Below the pieces are notes generated by a model. The model saw only the letters and a list, made by a program, of their open reading frames with translations. It did not search any database and was not told the origin of the DNA. A program made the translations under genes and the position numbers. 64,000 nt of DNA, taken from a virus. Lineage: Duplodnaviria; Heunggongvirae; Uroviricota; Caudoviricetes. The DNA lies in IMG/VR virus record IMGVR_UViG_3300009983_000002. One strand, given 5' to 3'. Shown piece after piece: positions 54,988-63,544 of this stretch (position 1 is its first letter; each line of letters opens with the position of its first letter).

Positions 54988-55096
54988 GCCAAGTTCCAGA
55001 GGATCAGGGCCTCAATGAATGCGATGTCGAAGAGGCCCATGACGTAGATGGTCCGCATGAAATAGCATCTGGGGAGGAAGAGGTTGGCGAGGGCGT

Positions 55097-55357
55097 TCAA
55101 AACGGGATGTCTCCATCGGCTTCGTAGCTGATGTATGGGCGTGGGGCGTTCGTCACCATCCGCCCATCTTCCCAGTGGATGCGGATGTCGAGTTCGCCCT
55201 GCACCGGCTCTTCGTAGTCGGCATCGAGCCCAAATCGGCTGTCGTCGTGTTCCCTGCGGAGTTCGGCAACGTAGTCGTAACGCGCGTTCTCTTCGTAGGC
55301 GCGGTTCTCCGCCTCTTGGTCGCCGTCAAACCATTCGCCATCAAGTCTGGTAAGCAT
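55097..55357 (-). CDS. hypothetical acidic protein
   Basis: 86 aa from Met18. Preceded by the conserved leader GGGCATCGAAGGAGATTTG. Confidence 0.45.
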   Translation of the reverse strand: MLTRLDGEWFDGDQEAENRAYEENARYDYVAELRREHDDSRFGLDADYEEPVQGELDIRIHWEDGRMVTNAPRPYISYEADGDIPF

Positions 55358-55420
55358 CTCAAATCTCCTTCGATGCCCCAAGGTGCCACACCTGCGTTGG
55401 GTGGTCAAGCAAATTCGTGC
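55358..55420 (-). promoter_or_regulatory. promoter/leader (minus strand) with conserved elements
   Basis: On the minus strand: TTGACC, then 25 nt containing ACCCAACGCAGGTG, then GGGCATCGAAGGAGATTTG, then ATG. The leader is 19/19 identical to the one at 32996-33014. The -35 overlaps the 3' end of the CoiA-like gene. Confidence 0.45.
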
Positions 55421-56199
55421 TTAACAAAATCTCCACGGAGGAAATCGACGTAATCAGCGGAGCGCCGATGGTAGAAATAGCCCTGTCCCCTGATGTCGCC
55501 GGGTTCGATCCAGCCGGGATTGACGGGCCCGATGACAGAGGTCGGCCATAGCCCCCTTTTCTTCACCGGCCTATCGTGGAGCTTGACGAGCCAGAATGTT
55601 TGATCTTCATGAGCGTAGAAGAGGATGGTGTTGTCGGGGCTGCTGGCGAAGGCATAGCGCTGCCAGAGGGAGAGGCGGAGGTAGACGAAATTGTGGACGT
55701 AGGAGCCGGAGATGAACTGTCGGGGGCTGAGCCCGGTCAGGGAGTAGCCGTCTTTGAGGAAGTTCCGCGTGGCCCGGGGGAGGATGAAAATCCAAATACA
55801 AGGCACCCCATTGTCGAGGTAGGCGCGGGTCCTGGAGTCGATCTCTTCCCAGGTCTGTGAGGATCGCTGGACTTCGAGAGCCCAACGGCGCCCGGATTTG
55901 GCGATGAGGATGTCGGCCCTGCGGTCGGTCCCGGGGAGAAAGCCCATGACCGCTTCCTCCTTGACTTCGAACCCCCTACGGCGGTAGTTCTGTGCGAGTA
56001 ACATCTTCGCCGTCATGTGTTCGACGGTCTCCCCATAGGAACACCCCTGGGGATCGTGGTGATGGGCGAAGTGGGGGACGATGGCCTTGGGGAGGCGGAG
56101 GTTGACGCGGGCCCCACAACCCGGGCAGGTGTAATCGTCTCTACGCTCTTCAGTGAGGTAGGCGACGCGGGGTTCGGTTCCGAGGTTGGCGACGAGCAT
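55405..56199 (-). CDS. CoiA-like competence-family protein (putative nuclease)
   Basis: 264 aa; N-terminal CPGCGARVNLRLPKAIVPHFAHHH...C matches the CoiA CxxC...HFAH signature. Confidence 0.45.
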   Translation of the reverse strand: MLVANLGTEPRVAYLTEERRDDYTCPGCGARVNLRLPKAIVPHFAHHHDPQGCSYGETVEHMTAKMLLAQNYRRRGFEVKEEAVMGFLPGTDRRADILIAKSGRRWALEVQRSSQTWEEIDSRTRAYLDNGVPCIWIFILPRATRNFLKDGYSLTGLSPRQFISGSYVHNFVYLRLSLWQRYAFASSPDNTILFYAHEDQTFWLVKLHDRPVKKRGLWPTSVIGPVNPGWIEPGDIRGQGYFYHRRSADYVDFLRGDFVKHEFA

Positions 56200-56279
56200 C
56201 AGACCCTTCTACCCAACTCAGGTCGAGCCGTCAACGCCTGATTTACGGTGAGAGAGGGAGTCCTCATTTTCGTGAATAA

Positions 56280-56560
56280 CCGTGGGTCTCCCCAGTTGAG
56301 AACGGTTCGCATGTAACAATGTAACGCATGTAACGCAGAAAAAGTCGCGCTAAGGAAAATCAGGGGGTAAAAGCGAGTGACACCTTGGGTCTTCGTGTGT
56401 TAGGTGAGTTGGGTGAGGGAAAAAAGGTCAGAGGTCGAAAAGTTGGGTTACATCGGTTACATCGGTTACATCGTTGATTTTATTGGGATTTGACGGTTAC
56501 ATTTTGTTACATATTCTTCTTTTAAGTATAGTTAAATGTTACATTCTTGTGTTGGGTGTA
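56280..56560. repeat. iteron array: GTTACAT / ATGTAAC 7-mer repeated about 10 times in an AT-rich 280-bp stretch
   Basis: ATGTAAC at 56299, 56309, 56319. GTTACAT in GGTTACATCGGTTACATCGGTTACATCG (56441-56470), GGTTACATTTTGTTACAT (56484-56505), AATGTTACATT (56533). Local GC far below window mean. Confidence 0.7.
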
Positions 56561-56727
56561 TTGGGTTTCCGACCGTGCGTTGGGTATTCGGCCCTCTCCC
56601 AAGCCGAAATCGCTCATTCGTAACCGAGCGCCCCGCCGTGTAACCGAGATGGTTAACGGCTGGGTTACAGGTAAGGTTGACGAAAATGGTTGACATTAAC
56701 CATTTCCTGGAGTAGCGTTTAACCTTA

Positions 56728-57039
56728 ATGGAACAGTCCGTAATCAACGCTACAGTCGCTGCCGAATTGCTGCCCAGCATCATCCGCTGGTTCGGCGCCG
56801 AGCCCCTTGAAAGTCAGGACGCTCTTCGGACATCGCTGACCCTCTCTCTGGAACACTCAGCCGACGCCTATGAGCGGGCGAAGTTCCTCGACACCGTCCG
56901 GGGCTGGCCCGCCGATGCCAACCTCGTCACCATCCTCTCCCGCGCCGAAGGCATCGAGTCTCGCGTGCGGCAGGGCCCAATCTTGGCCGCCGCCGACAAT
57001 GTCCGCTCCATCTTCTCCGCCCGTCGTTTTGGGGATTGA
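56728..57039 (+). CDS. hypothetical protein (first gene of packaging operon)
   Basis: 103 aa. ATG immediately preceded by GTTTAACCTTAATG, which contains the reverse of the TTAAGGTTAA iteron. Confidence 0.45.
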   Translation: MEQSVINATVAAELLPSIIRWFGAEPLESQDALRTSLTLSLEHSADAYERAKFLDTVRGWPADANLVTILSRAEGIESRVRQGPILAAADNVRSIFSARRFGD

Positions 57040-57514
57040 CCCCGGGCTCGAAGGGGCCCTTGCCTTTCTCGATCCCAGCGGCGTCCTCGAAATCCACGAC
57101 ATGCCTACCTTCGCTGTGACCAAGTCGAAGCGGAAGGAGTATGTCGATCTGTGGGCCGTTCGCGATCTTGTTCGTGGCCGGGCCATCGTGCATACCTATC
57201 TCGAAGAAGTCGGCTCTTCACCACAAATGGGCGTCGTGTCAGCTTTCAGCTTCGGTGGCGGCTACTTCGGGGTCCAAGGCGTGATCATCAGTCACGACAT
57301 TGCCCTGACGACCGTGCGGCCCGGCATCTGGAAGACCCGGATGCGAGCCCCAGCCGACAAGAAACAAAGCGTCTCTCGCGCCAAAGCTTTGTTCCCGCAT
57401 TGTTCTGAACTGATCGGGAAGAAAGATGGCCGGGCCGAGGCCGCGATGCTCGCCCTATTTGGGGCCCTTGAATTGAACATGACGCCGGGGATCATTCGTC
57501 CATGCCAGTGCTAG
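57031..57514 (+). CDS. RuvC-like Holliday junction resolvase
   Basis: Real product begins near TTG 57031 inside track ORF 56870..57514. VLGIDPGLEGALAFLD matches the RuvC/YqgF N-terminal catalytic motif (GIDPG...G). About 160 aa. Confidence 0.6.
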
Positions 57515-58053
57515 CCAACGAACGCCAGGAGAAGGCGTGCCAACTCCGGGCCAAGGGCCTGACCCAAGCCGAAGCCTACGAGCTTGCCGGTTATACGCCG
57601 TCGCGTTCGAACGCCTCCGCCCTATTTTCACAGCCGGAGATCAAGCAGCGGCTGGCCGAAATCAAGGAAGAGCGGGAGAAGCTGGAAGCCCGGCGCCGCG
57701 CCGCCCACGAAGAGCTTCAGAAGACCCAAGGCGAACTTGGGATCGAAGACCTTGAGACCGAGAACCACGGCATCACCCGCGAGTGGATCATTCTCCAATA
57801 CAAGGAGGTCATCAAGAACGCTCAGCAGGAGGGCAAACACGCCGCAGCGGCGTCGGCGCTCCGCGAGGTCACGAAGCTTTTGGGGCTCGACAAACCACCG
57901 CCGGGCGACCCCAACAAGGCCGGAGCCCCGCAAGGCCCGGCACAACCCAAGCGTTCAACGTCGGGGCTCATGGATGCCCTGACCGAAGAGGCGGACGAAG
58001 AAGTCGCCCAAGAGGAAGCTGCCGAAGATGGCGATCATCCTACCACGGCCTGA
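57502..58053 (+). CDS. terminase small subunit
   Basis: 183 aa; N-terminal HTH QLRAKGLTQAEAYELAGYTP typical of TerS. Acidic C-terminus. Immediately upstream of TerL with 26-nt overlap. Confidence 0.6.
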   Translation: MPVLANERQEKACQLRAKGLTQAEAYELAGYTPSRSNASALFSQPEIKQRLAEIKEEREKLEARRRAAHEELQKTQGELGIEDLETENHGITREWIILQYKEVIKNAQQEGKHAAAASALREVTKLLGLDKPPPGDPNKAGAPQGPAQPKRSTSGLMDALTEEADEEVAQEEAAEDGDHPTTA

Positions 58054-59695
58054 GCGCGACCGTTATCGTAAAGCGATAAAGCGGGCCGAAGGCTATCTGG
58101 TCAAAATCGAAGACGCGATCCGCCGGGGGACCCCTCTCGGCGAGGACATCCGGCCCCATATCGAGCGGCTGACGCAGACCATTGACCCACATCAGGCCCA
58201 TCGGAGCCTCGAAGACGATCTGATCAGGATCAAAGTCGAGTATGAGCAAAAGCTGCTCGACGCCGCAGAGACTGACTTCTCTGCATTCTGCGAATACATG
58301 ACGCCGGAGGAGCCTCCGGCTGCTCACCATTATTTCCTCTGCGATAATCTTGAGGCCATGTCTCGGGGCGACATCCTGCGCCTCATGATTTCTATGCCGC
58401 CAGGACATGCCAAATCGACGTATTCCTCGCACAAATTCCCCGCATGGTGGATGGGCAAGAATTCACGCAAGCGCTTCATCCAGGCAGGCCACACCCAAAA
58501 CTTCTGCGAGAACCAACTCGGCAAGCCCGTGCGGAACATCGTCAAAGACGAGCGCTATGGGAAAGTTTTCCCAGACATCAGGATCAGTTCTGAATCTAAC
58601 GCGGCGGGCTTCTGGGCCCTCGTGACCGGCGGCAGCTATCTCACCAAAGGCGTCGGCCAAGGCATCGCGGGCTTCCGGGCCCACTGCGCCGGGGTCGATG
58701 ACCCGTTCGCCAGCCGCGAAGACGCTGAATCCGAGGTCATTCGCGAGAAGACTTTCAACTGGTTTAGCGCCGACTTCACAACGCGATTGCTCCCCCGGTG
58801 CCCCATGTATATTGTGGCAACACGGTGGCACCCCGACGACCTGTGCGCCAGGGTCGAGCAACTGAACAAAGACGGCAAGGGCTACCCCTGGACGATCATC
58901 AACCTCCCGGCCATCGCTGGGGCAAATGACCCTATGGGGCGTGCGCCGGGCGAAGCACTCTGGCCCGAGCTTTTTGATGTAGAATACTTGCTACATTTGA
59001 AGGCCACTCTCCCACCACGCGACTGGAATTCACTATACCAGGGGACCCCGACAAATGCTGAAGGGGGTATGGTTAATGGCGACAGCGTTCATCGTTACCA
59101 GGAGCGCCCGGTTAACCTTATCGACGAATATGGCCGGATTACGAAGTGGAACGTCAAGCGCCTGACGATCTCGGCGGACACGGCCAGCAAAGATCAGCAG
59201 CGGCACGACCCGACCGCGATTACCGTCTGGATCGAGACCGTTGATCGGCGCCATTACCTGATCGACGTGGTGGTCAAGCGCGTTCAGTTTAACGACCTCG
59301 TAACCTTAATCGAGGACACCTGCCGCCGCTGGCAGTTGGAGTATCCGGGCACCCCCACGGCCATCCTCGTCGAAGACAAGGGCTCGGGGACCCAGTATAT
59401 TCAAGCCCGGCAGCACCTTGCACCTGCGGTTGTGATCCCCATCGCCGTGACCAACGTCTCGAAGGAGTTCCGCTTCGACGGCGTGAGCCCGATGTTCACC
59501 ATCGGCGAAGTCCTGCTGCCTGAGCGGGCGATCTGGCTGCCCGACTACGAGAAGGAAATCTTCGAGTTCGACGGCAAGGGCACGGCCACCCACGACGACC
59601 AAGTCGATAGCACCAGCCAATACCTGTCCTGGGCCCGTCAAGGCCGTGGCCGGGGCTCGAAGAAGCTGAAGGGCACGGGCTACTCTCGCCGGTAA
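58028..59695 (+). CDS. terminase large subunit
   Basis: 555 aa; ATPase Walker A-like MPPGHAKST, Walker B/coupling YIVATRWHPDDL. C-terminal RNaseH-like nuclease with ISADTA...D and ATHDDQVDS acidic residues. Confidence 0.8.
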   Translation: MAIILPRPERDRYRKAIKRAEGYLVKIEDAIRRGTPLGEDIRPHIERLTQTIDPHQAHRSLEDDLIRIKVEYEQKLLDAAETDFSAFCEYMTPEEPPAAHHYFLCDNLEAMSRGDILRLMISMPPGHAKSTYSSHKFPAWWMGKNSRKRFIQAGHTQNFCENQLGKPVRNIVKDERYGKVFPDIRISSESNAAGFWALVTGGSYLTKGVGQGIAGFRAHCAGVDDPFASREDAESEVIREKTFNWFSADFTTRLLPRCPMYIVATRWHPDDLCARVEQLNKDGKGYPWTIINLPAIAGANDPMGRAPGEALWPELFDVEYLLHLKATLPPRDWNSLYQGTPTNAEGGMVNGDSVHRYQERPVNLIDEYGRITKWNVKRLTISADTASKDQQRHDPTAITVWIETVDRRHYLIDVVVKRVQFNDLVTLIEDTCRRWQLEYPGTPTAILVEDKGSGTQYIQARQHLAPAVVIPIAVTNVSKEFRFDGVSPMFTIGEVLLPERAIWLPDYEKEIFEFDGKGTATHDDQVDSTSQYLSWARQGRGRGSKKLKGTGYSRR

Positions 59696-59754
59696 GCTGT
59701 CATAAAAGACATGAATCGTGACACCTGCGAAAAAGCGTGTCTAATCAATGACAT

Positions 59755-59865
59755 CCGGGGACCCTGCGCTTTTTATGACAGGGACCCTAGCGTTTTATGA
59801 CAGGGCAGGGACCCTCGGGTTTTCGACCTGGGGCCGGTCGGGGACCCTGGGCTTTTCGGCATGGG
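59755..59865. repeat. four tandem imperfect about 24-bp repeats: GGGACCCT-N3-5-TTTT-N7
   Basis: GGGGACCCTGCGCTTTTTATGACA / GGGACCCTAGCGTTTTATGACA / GGGCAGGGACCCTCGGGTTTTCGACCT / GGGGACCCTGGGCTTTTCGGCATG. Confidence 0.7.
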
Positions 59866-60469
59866 CCGGGGCCTAAATCCTGGGCGGGAGGGGCCAGATA
59901 TGGCCCATTAAGGTTCAAAAACGGGGCTAATGGGCCATTTATGAGCCATTAGGCATGACCCAAAACAGGGTCAATTTCTGCGACTGACCCAATTCAGGTT
60001 CACACCCAATTTCACCCGATTGGCCGGTTTCAGCAGCCGGTGAAAGCCCGCCGTCCAGTGAAAATCGGCGCCGTCATCGTTTCTCGACCCAACTCACCTG
60101 CGACCCTCGATTTTGGACGCTCGTCATCGCTTTTGGACACCAAATGCTTGTGATGGCCCAGCAGAATAGGCTTGAAATGGCCCGGCCACGTCCTGCAAAT
60201 TTGCACGGAGCGGTGAAGGTTTTGCGCAGCGGCGATCTCGCGGTTTTCTCCAACGAGGCGACCTTAATGCGTCATATATGATGCCTTAAGTCGGTTAATG
60301 TCCTTTATATGCACCATAAACGACGTTTGTGACCTCAGTCACACTCGCCTACATGGTTAATTTGGGCTGCATAGCTCGACGTGGAGGCCTACGACCGTTT
60401 CTGACGTATGATCATGAGCGGCCTGACGCTTATCTGACGATTACCCCGCTGCCCGTCGCGATCTCGGGC

Positions 60470-60600
60470 TCGGCCAACTCTGAATCAATCGAATTTTGGC
60501 TCTGACTCTTTTCGATTTTGGCACTCTGAATCAATCGCTTTTTGGCGCGCGCCCACTCTGAATCTTTTCGTTTTTGGCACGAATCGATTCGATTTTGGTT
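60470..60600. repeat. 4-5 tandem about 26-bp repeats: CTCTGAATC-N6-ATTTTTGGC
   Basis: CTCTGAATCAATCGAATTTTGGC / TCTGACTCTTTTCGATTTTGGCA / CTCTGAATCAATCGCTTTTTGGCG / CTCTGAATCTTTTCGTTTTTGGCA / CGAATCGATTCGATTTTGG. Confidence 0.7.
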
Positions 60601-60609
60601 AATGTGAAT

Positions 60610-60900
60610 TTGCGTTAAGGTTAACCCAGGTTAAGGTTAACAGCCGTTAAGGTTAACGCGGCATTAAGGTTAACGCCCGGCGGCGGCCCGTTAAGGTTAA
60701 CGCCACACGCGGTTCCGTTAAGGTTGAAAATTAAGGTTAACCCGGGAGGCCGCCGCGTTAAGGTTAACGCAGGCCGGGAACGTGTTAAGGTTAACCGGGC
60801 GGGGCGCCGCGTTAACCCTAACCCAACGCAGGGCCGCGTTAACCCTAATGGATCACGCCGCCGCGTTAACCATGATGGGCGGCTGTGCCAAAATGAGGCG
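60610..60900. repeat. iteron array: 11 copies of TTAAGGTTAAC, then 3 copies of GCGTTAACC(C/A)T(A/G)A, with irregular GC-rich spacers
   Basis: Direct reading of 60613-60890. The core GTTAAC is palindromic. Track ORFs 60724..61011 and 60782..61129 are artefacts of this repeat. Confidence 0.8.
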
Positions 60901-61034
60901 GAGCATTGCGCCCCGCCTCCCTTTGAGCCCGTTAGCGAATTCGAGCAACCTAGCGGCCTTGGCTTGCGCCTCCCGCTCGGCGAGGGCCTTAGCGAGGGCG
61001 AGCCCCGCTAAGATTCCCTCTTTCGCTTGCGCGT

Positions 61035-61286
61035 TCACGCTGTCACCGTTCCGGCTGGCGCGTGCGCCAGCGTGGTCTCGGCGAAAAGAGTCAGGGCTTG
61101 CGCCGCCTTCTCATATTCGCCGCGCTTGAACTTCAAGCCCGTGATGCTTTCCGCAGTCTTAAGCATCGCGGTGGGCGTCCAAGCCCGATTGGGTTTCATG
61201 CCGGTTTTGGCATAAAGACGCAGCCCCGACGCCAGCGCCGTAGCGCGGAAAATCGAGACTCCAGCAGGTCCGTTAAACGTGGTCAT
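61035..61286 (-). CDS. small protein with hairpin-TIR (83 aa)
   Basis: Start at the Met encoded by ...ATCGGAAGGAGAAACCGATATG (translated SEGETDM inside track ORF 61035..61355). Confidence 0.45.
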   Translation of the reverse strand: MTTFNGPAGVSIFRATALASGLRLYAKTGMKPNRAWTPTAMLKTAESITGLKFKRGEYEKAAQALTLFAETTLAHAPAGTVTA

Positions 61287-61405
61287 ATCGGTTTCTCCTT
61301 CCGATGCGCCGACAATAGCACGCGCCGCGCTGGCGTCAAGCGAAAAAGTTGGCAACGCTTTGTTAAGACCTTGGCTCTATAGTCGGCGCATCAAAGGAGT
61401 CGGCT

Positions 61406-61603
61406 ATGCCTGATTTAATTCGCTGGCGCTACTACATGCGGGAAGCGCAAAAGTCCGTTGACATCGCGAGCGCCGCGAAGGCGCGAGGCGATAAGCCGGG
61501 CGCCCGCCGCTGGCTAGAGCAAGCATCAAGCGAGCTTGACCAAGCGGCCTTTTGGCGCTCTAATGAAGCGCCGCAAATCGAGCCGCAAGGATTCATGTTA
61601 TGA
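61406..61603 (+). CDS. small protein (65 aa)
   Basis: SD AAAGGAGTCGGCT upstream. Confidence 0.4.
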   Translation: MPDLIRWRYYMREAQKSVDIASAAKARGDKPGARRWLEQASSELDQAAFWRSNEAPQIEPQGFML

Positions 61604-61815
61604 ACGCTTTCGCAAAGCGCCCTATTGAGTTTCCGCCGCGCCCCATGACGCAAGGCCGCTTTAGAATCGAAACGATTCTATTGGCGCGAGCAATGGCCGC
61701 GAGCATGAAGCGAGACGGCGCGAAAGGCGCCGCGCTTATGCGCCGCGTCGCATGGGACAAGTTACGCGACGCGCAAGCCTGGAAACGCGGGCTTGACATC
61801 GCGGGCGCCGCCTGA
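61600..61815 (+). CDS. small basic protein (71 aa)
   Basis: ATGA coupling. Confidence 0.4.
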   Translation: MNAFAKRPIEFPPRPMTQGRFRIETILLARAMAASMKRDGAKGAALMRRVAWDKLRDAQAWKRGLDIAGAA

Positions 61816-61846
61816 TAGTCTCGCTAAATCGGAAGGAGAAACCGAT

Positions 61847-62185
61847 ATGCGAATCGCTCAAATCGTAATGCCTAAGCAAGGCAACGCGGGCGAAGACTTG
61901 CAAGCCGTGCATTACAGCTTGCGCCGCGAGCTTGCCAAAAGATTCGGCGGATATACCGCGCTAGAGTCGCATGGCGGATGGATTGACGAGTCCGGGAAGC
62001 TTTACGATGAGCCCGGAATCACCTATCAATGCGCCTGCGATGATTGCGAAGCAAACCGCGAAGCGCTGCGCCAGATTGCAAAAATTCATGGCCGCGCCGC
62101 CGCTCAATTAGCGGTTTTCGTAACGTATCCGTGCGGAACCGCTGAAATTATTGACATCTCGCATCACATGGAGAAACGCGCATGA
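61847..62185 (+). CDS. small protein with hairpin-TIR (112 aa)
   Basis: ATG preceded by ATCGGAAGGAGAAACCGAT. CxCDDCE cysteines. Confidence 0.45.
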   Translation: MRIAQIVMPKQGNAGEDLQAVHYSLRRELAKRFGGYTALESHGGWIDESGKLYDEPGITYQCACDDCEANREALRQIAKIHGRAAAQLAVFVTYPCGTAEIIDISHHMEKRA

Positions 62186-62463
62186 CCACGCAACCACGCT
62201 GCGAAACTTCCAAGCTAACCCAACGCGCGGCGCACGCTAAAGACGCTGGGAAGCTTGCGCCGTTGCAGCATCGGCATTTTGCGACAATCGCCACAATCAT
62301 CAAAGCGCTCGGCGCCGATGATTTTAGCAACGTGCGCGACCATTGCGTCAGCCTCGCCGACGCTGAAAATCTCCGCGCCGACATCGCGGAACACTTCGCG
62401 GCGAAACTCGCGAAGACTAACGATAAATTCGACCGCGCCCGCTTTCTTGCCGCTTGCAAATAG
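62182..62463 (+). CDS. small protein (93 aa)
   Basis: ATGA coupling. Confidence 0.4.
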   Translation: MTTQPRCETSKLTQRAAHAKDAGKLAPLQHRHFATIATIIKALGADDFSNVRDHCVSLADAENLRADIAEHFAAKLAKTNDKFDRARFLAACK

Positions 62464-62504
62464 CGGCAAAGCCTGCTAGGCTCACTAAATCGAAGGAGTC
62501 GCAA

Positions 62505-62735
62505 ATGCCTAGACCATTGTCAGAGATTGCACGCGAGATTCGCGGCGACTGGAAAAACGTCAACTTCGCGGCCAAGCCCTACCTTGACGCGATGGGCGAG
62601 CTAAACGCGATTACCGACTCTTACTATCAGGACTCGGCTAAATCCGTTGTGCTCTATTTCCTGAGCAACGCGAGCGCATGGCGCGGCGAAAACGCCAAGC
62701 GCATCAAAGCTGAGCTTAAGGCGCTGGCGAAGTAG
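62505..62735 (+). CDS. small protein (76 aa)
   Basis: ATG preceded by AAATCGAAGGAGTCGCAA. Confidence 0.45.
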   Translation: MPRPLSEIAREIRGDWKNVNFAAKPYLDAMGELNAITDSYYQDSAKSVVLYFLSNASAWRGENAKRIKAELKALAK

Positions 62736-62753
62736 GAGTCGAACATGCCGAAC

Positions 62754-62914
62754 CTTGACGATATTATCGCCTGGGAAAATGGCGAGCTTGACGCGGAAGC
62801 GGAAGCCGAATTTTTTCAAGGCATGATCAACACGGGAGTCGTGTGGACTCTTCAAGGCATGTATGGCCGCCGCGCCTTCGCCTTGATCGAAGCGGGAGTC
62901 TGCACTCGTGCTTA
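62754..62914 (+). CDS. small protein (about 53 aa)
   Basis: SD AGGAGTCGAAC. Confidence 0.3.
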
Positions 62915-63144
62915 AGGCCTTCTCAACCTTTTGCGCGCTAGCCGCGCTGGCGTTGTGTCTTTTCGTGATAGACCGCGCCAGCGCGCCACGCTTCGCCCTT
63001 GTGAGCTATTACGCAAGCGGCGGGGCGCTGGAAAGCGAGACGCTGGACTCTGGCCTAAGCGCCAGCGATTGCGCCTTTGCCCTGGAGCAAGGCCGAGTCG
63101 TCGCGGCATCGGCTGAAATTCTGCTAACGTGCGAGCGCGACTAA
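62908..63144 (+). CDS. small secreted/membrane protein (78 aa, GTG start)
   Basis: N-terminal hydrophobic segment AFSTFCALAALALCLFVI. Confidence 0.35.
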   Translation: MLKAFSTFCALAALALCLFVIDRASAPRFALVSYYASGGALESETLDSGLSASDCAFALEQGRVVAASAEILLTCERD

Positions 63145-63281
63145 TGCGAGGCCTTCCCGCAATCCTGCTAGTTTTGTTGGCGGGCTTGCTGGCGCCGCTT
63201 TTCTTGGGGCGCGATTGAAAAAAGCGCTTGCAATGCGCCGCGCTTGTGCTATTCTCCTTTGCATCGGAAGGAGAAACCGAT

Positions 63282-63518
63282 ATGAACGGCTATCAAATCC
63301 AAGCGAAACTTGACGAAGCGCTGCAAGCGGGCCGCGTTGCCTCGCGCGCTCATTACATTGTCAAGGCCGCGATTCGTCACGCTCAAATGACTGGCCGCCC
63401 CGTTCGCGATGTCGCGGACCTTGAACGCGCGATTAACGAATATCGCACAAGCGGCAAGAAAATTTATCCCCATTTCAGCGAAGATTTTGCTTGCGCGCGT
63501 CGCGAGCTTGTGCAATAG
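63282..63518 (+). CDS. small protein with hairpin-TIR (78 aa)
   Basis: ATG preceded by ATCGGAAGGAGAAACCGAT. Confidence 0.45.
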   Translation: MNGYQIQAKLDEALQAGRVASRAHYIVKAAIRHAQMTGRPVRDVADLERAINEYRTSGKKIYPHFSEDFACARRELVQ

Positions 63519-63544
63519 TCTTTTCATCGGAAGGAGAAACCGAC

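Noticed and set aside
60724-61129. Track ORFs 60724..61011 and 60782..61129 with RVKVN/RVNPN repeats
   Set aside because: Pure translation artefacts of the TTAAGGTTAAC iteron array.
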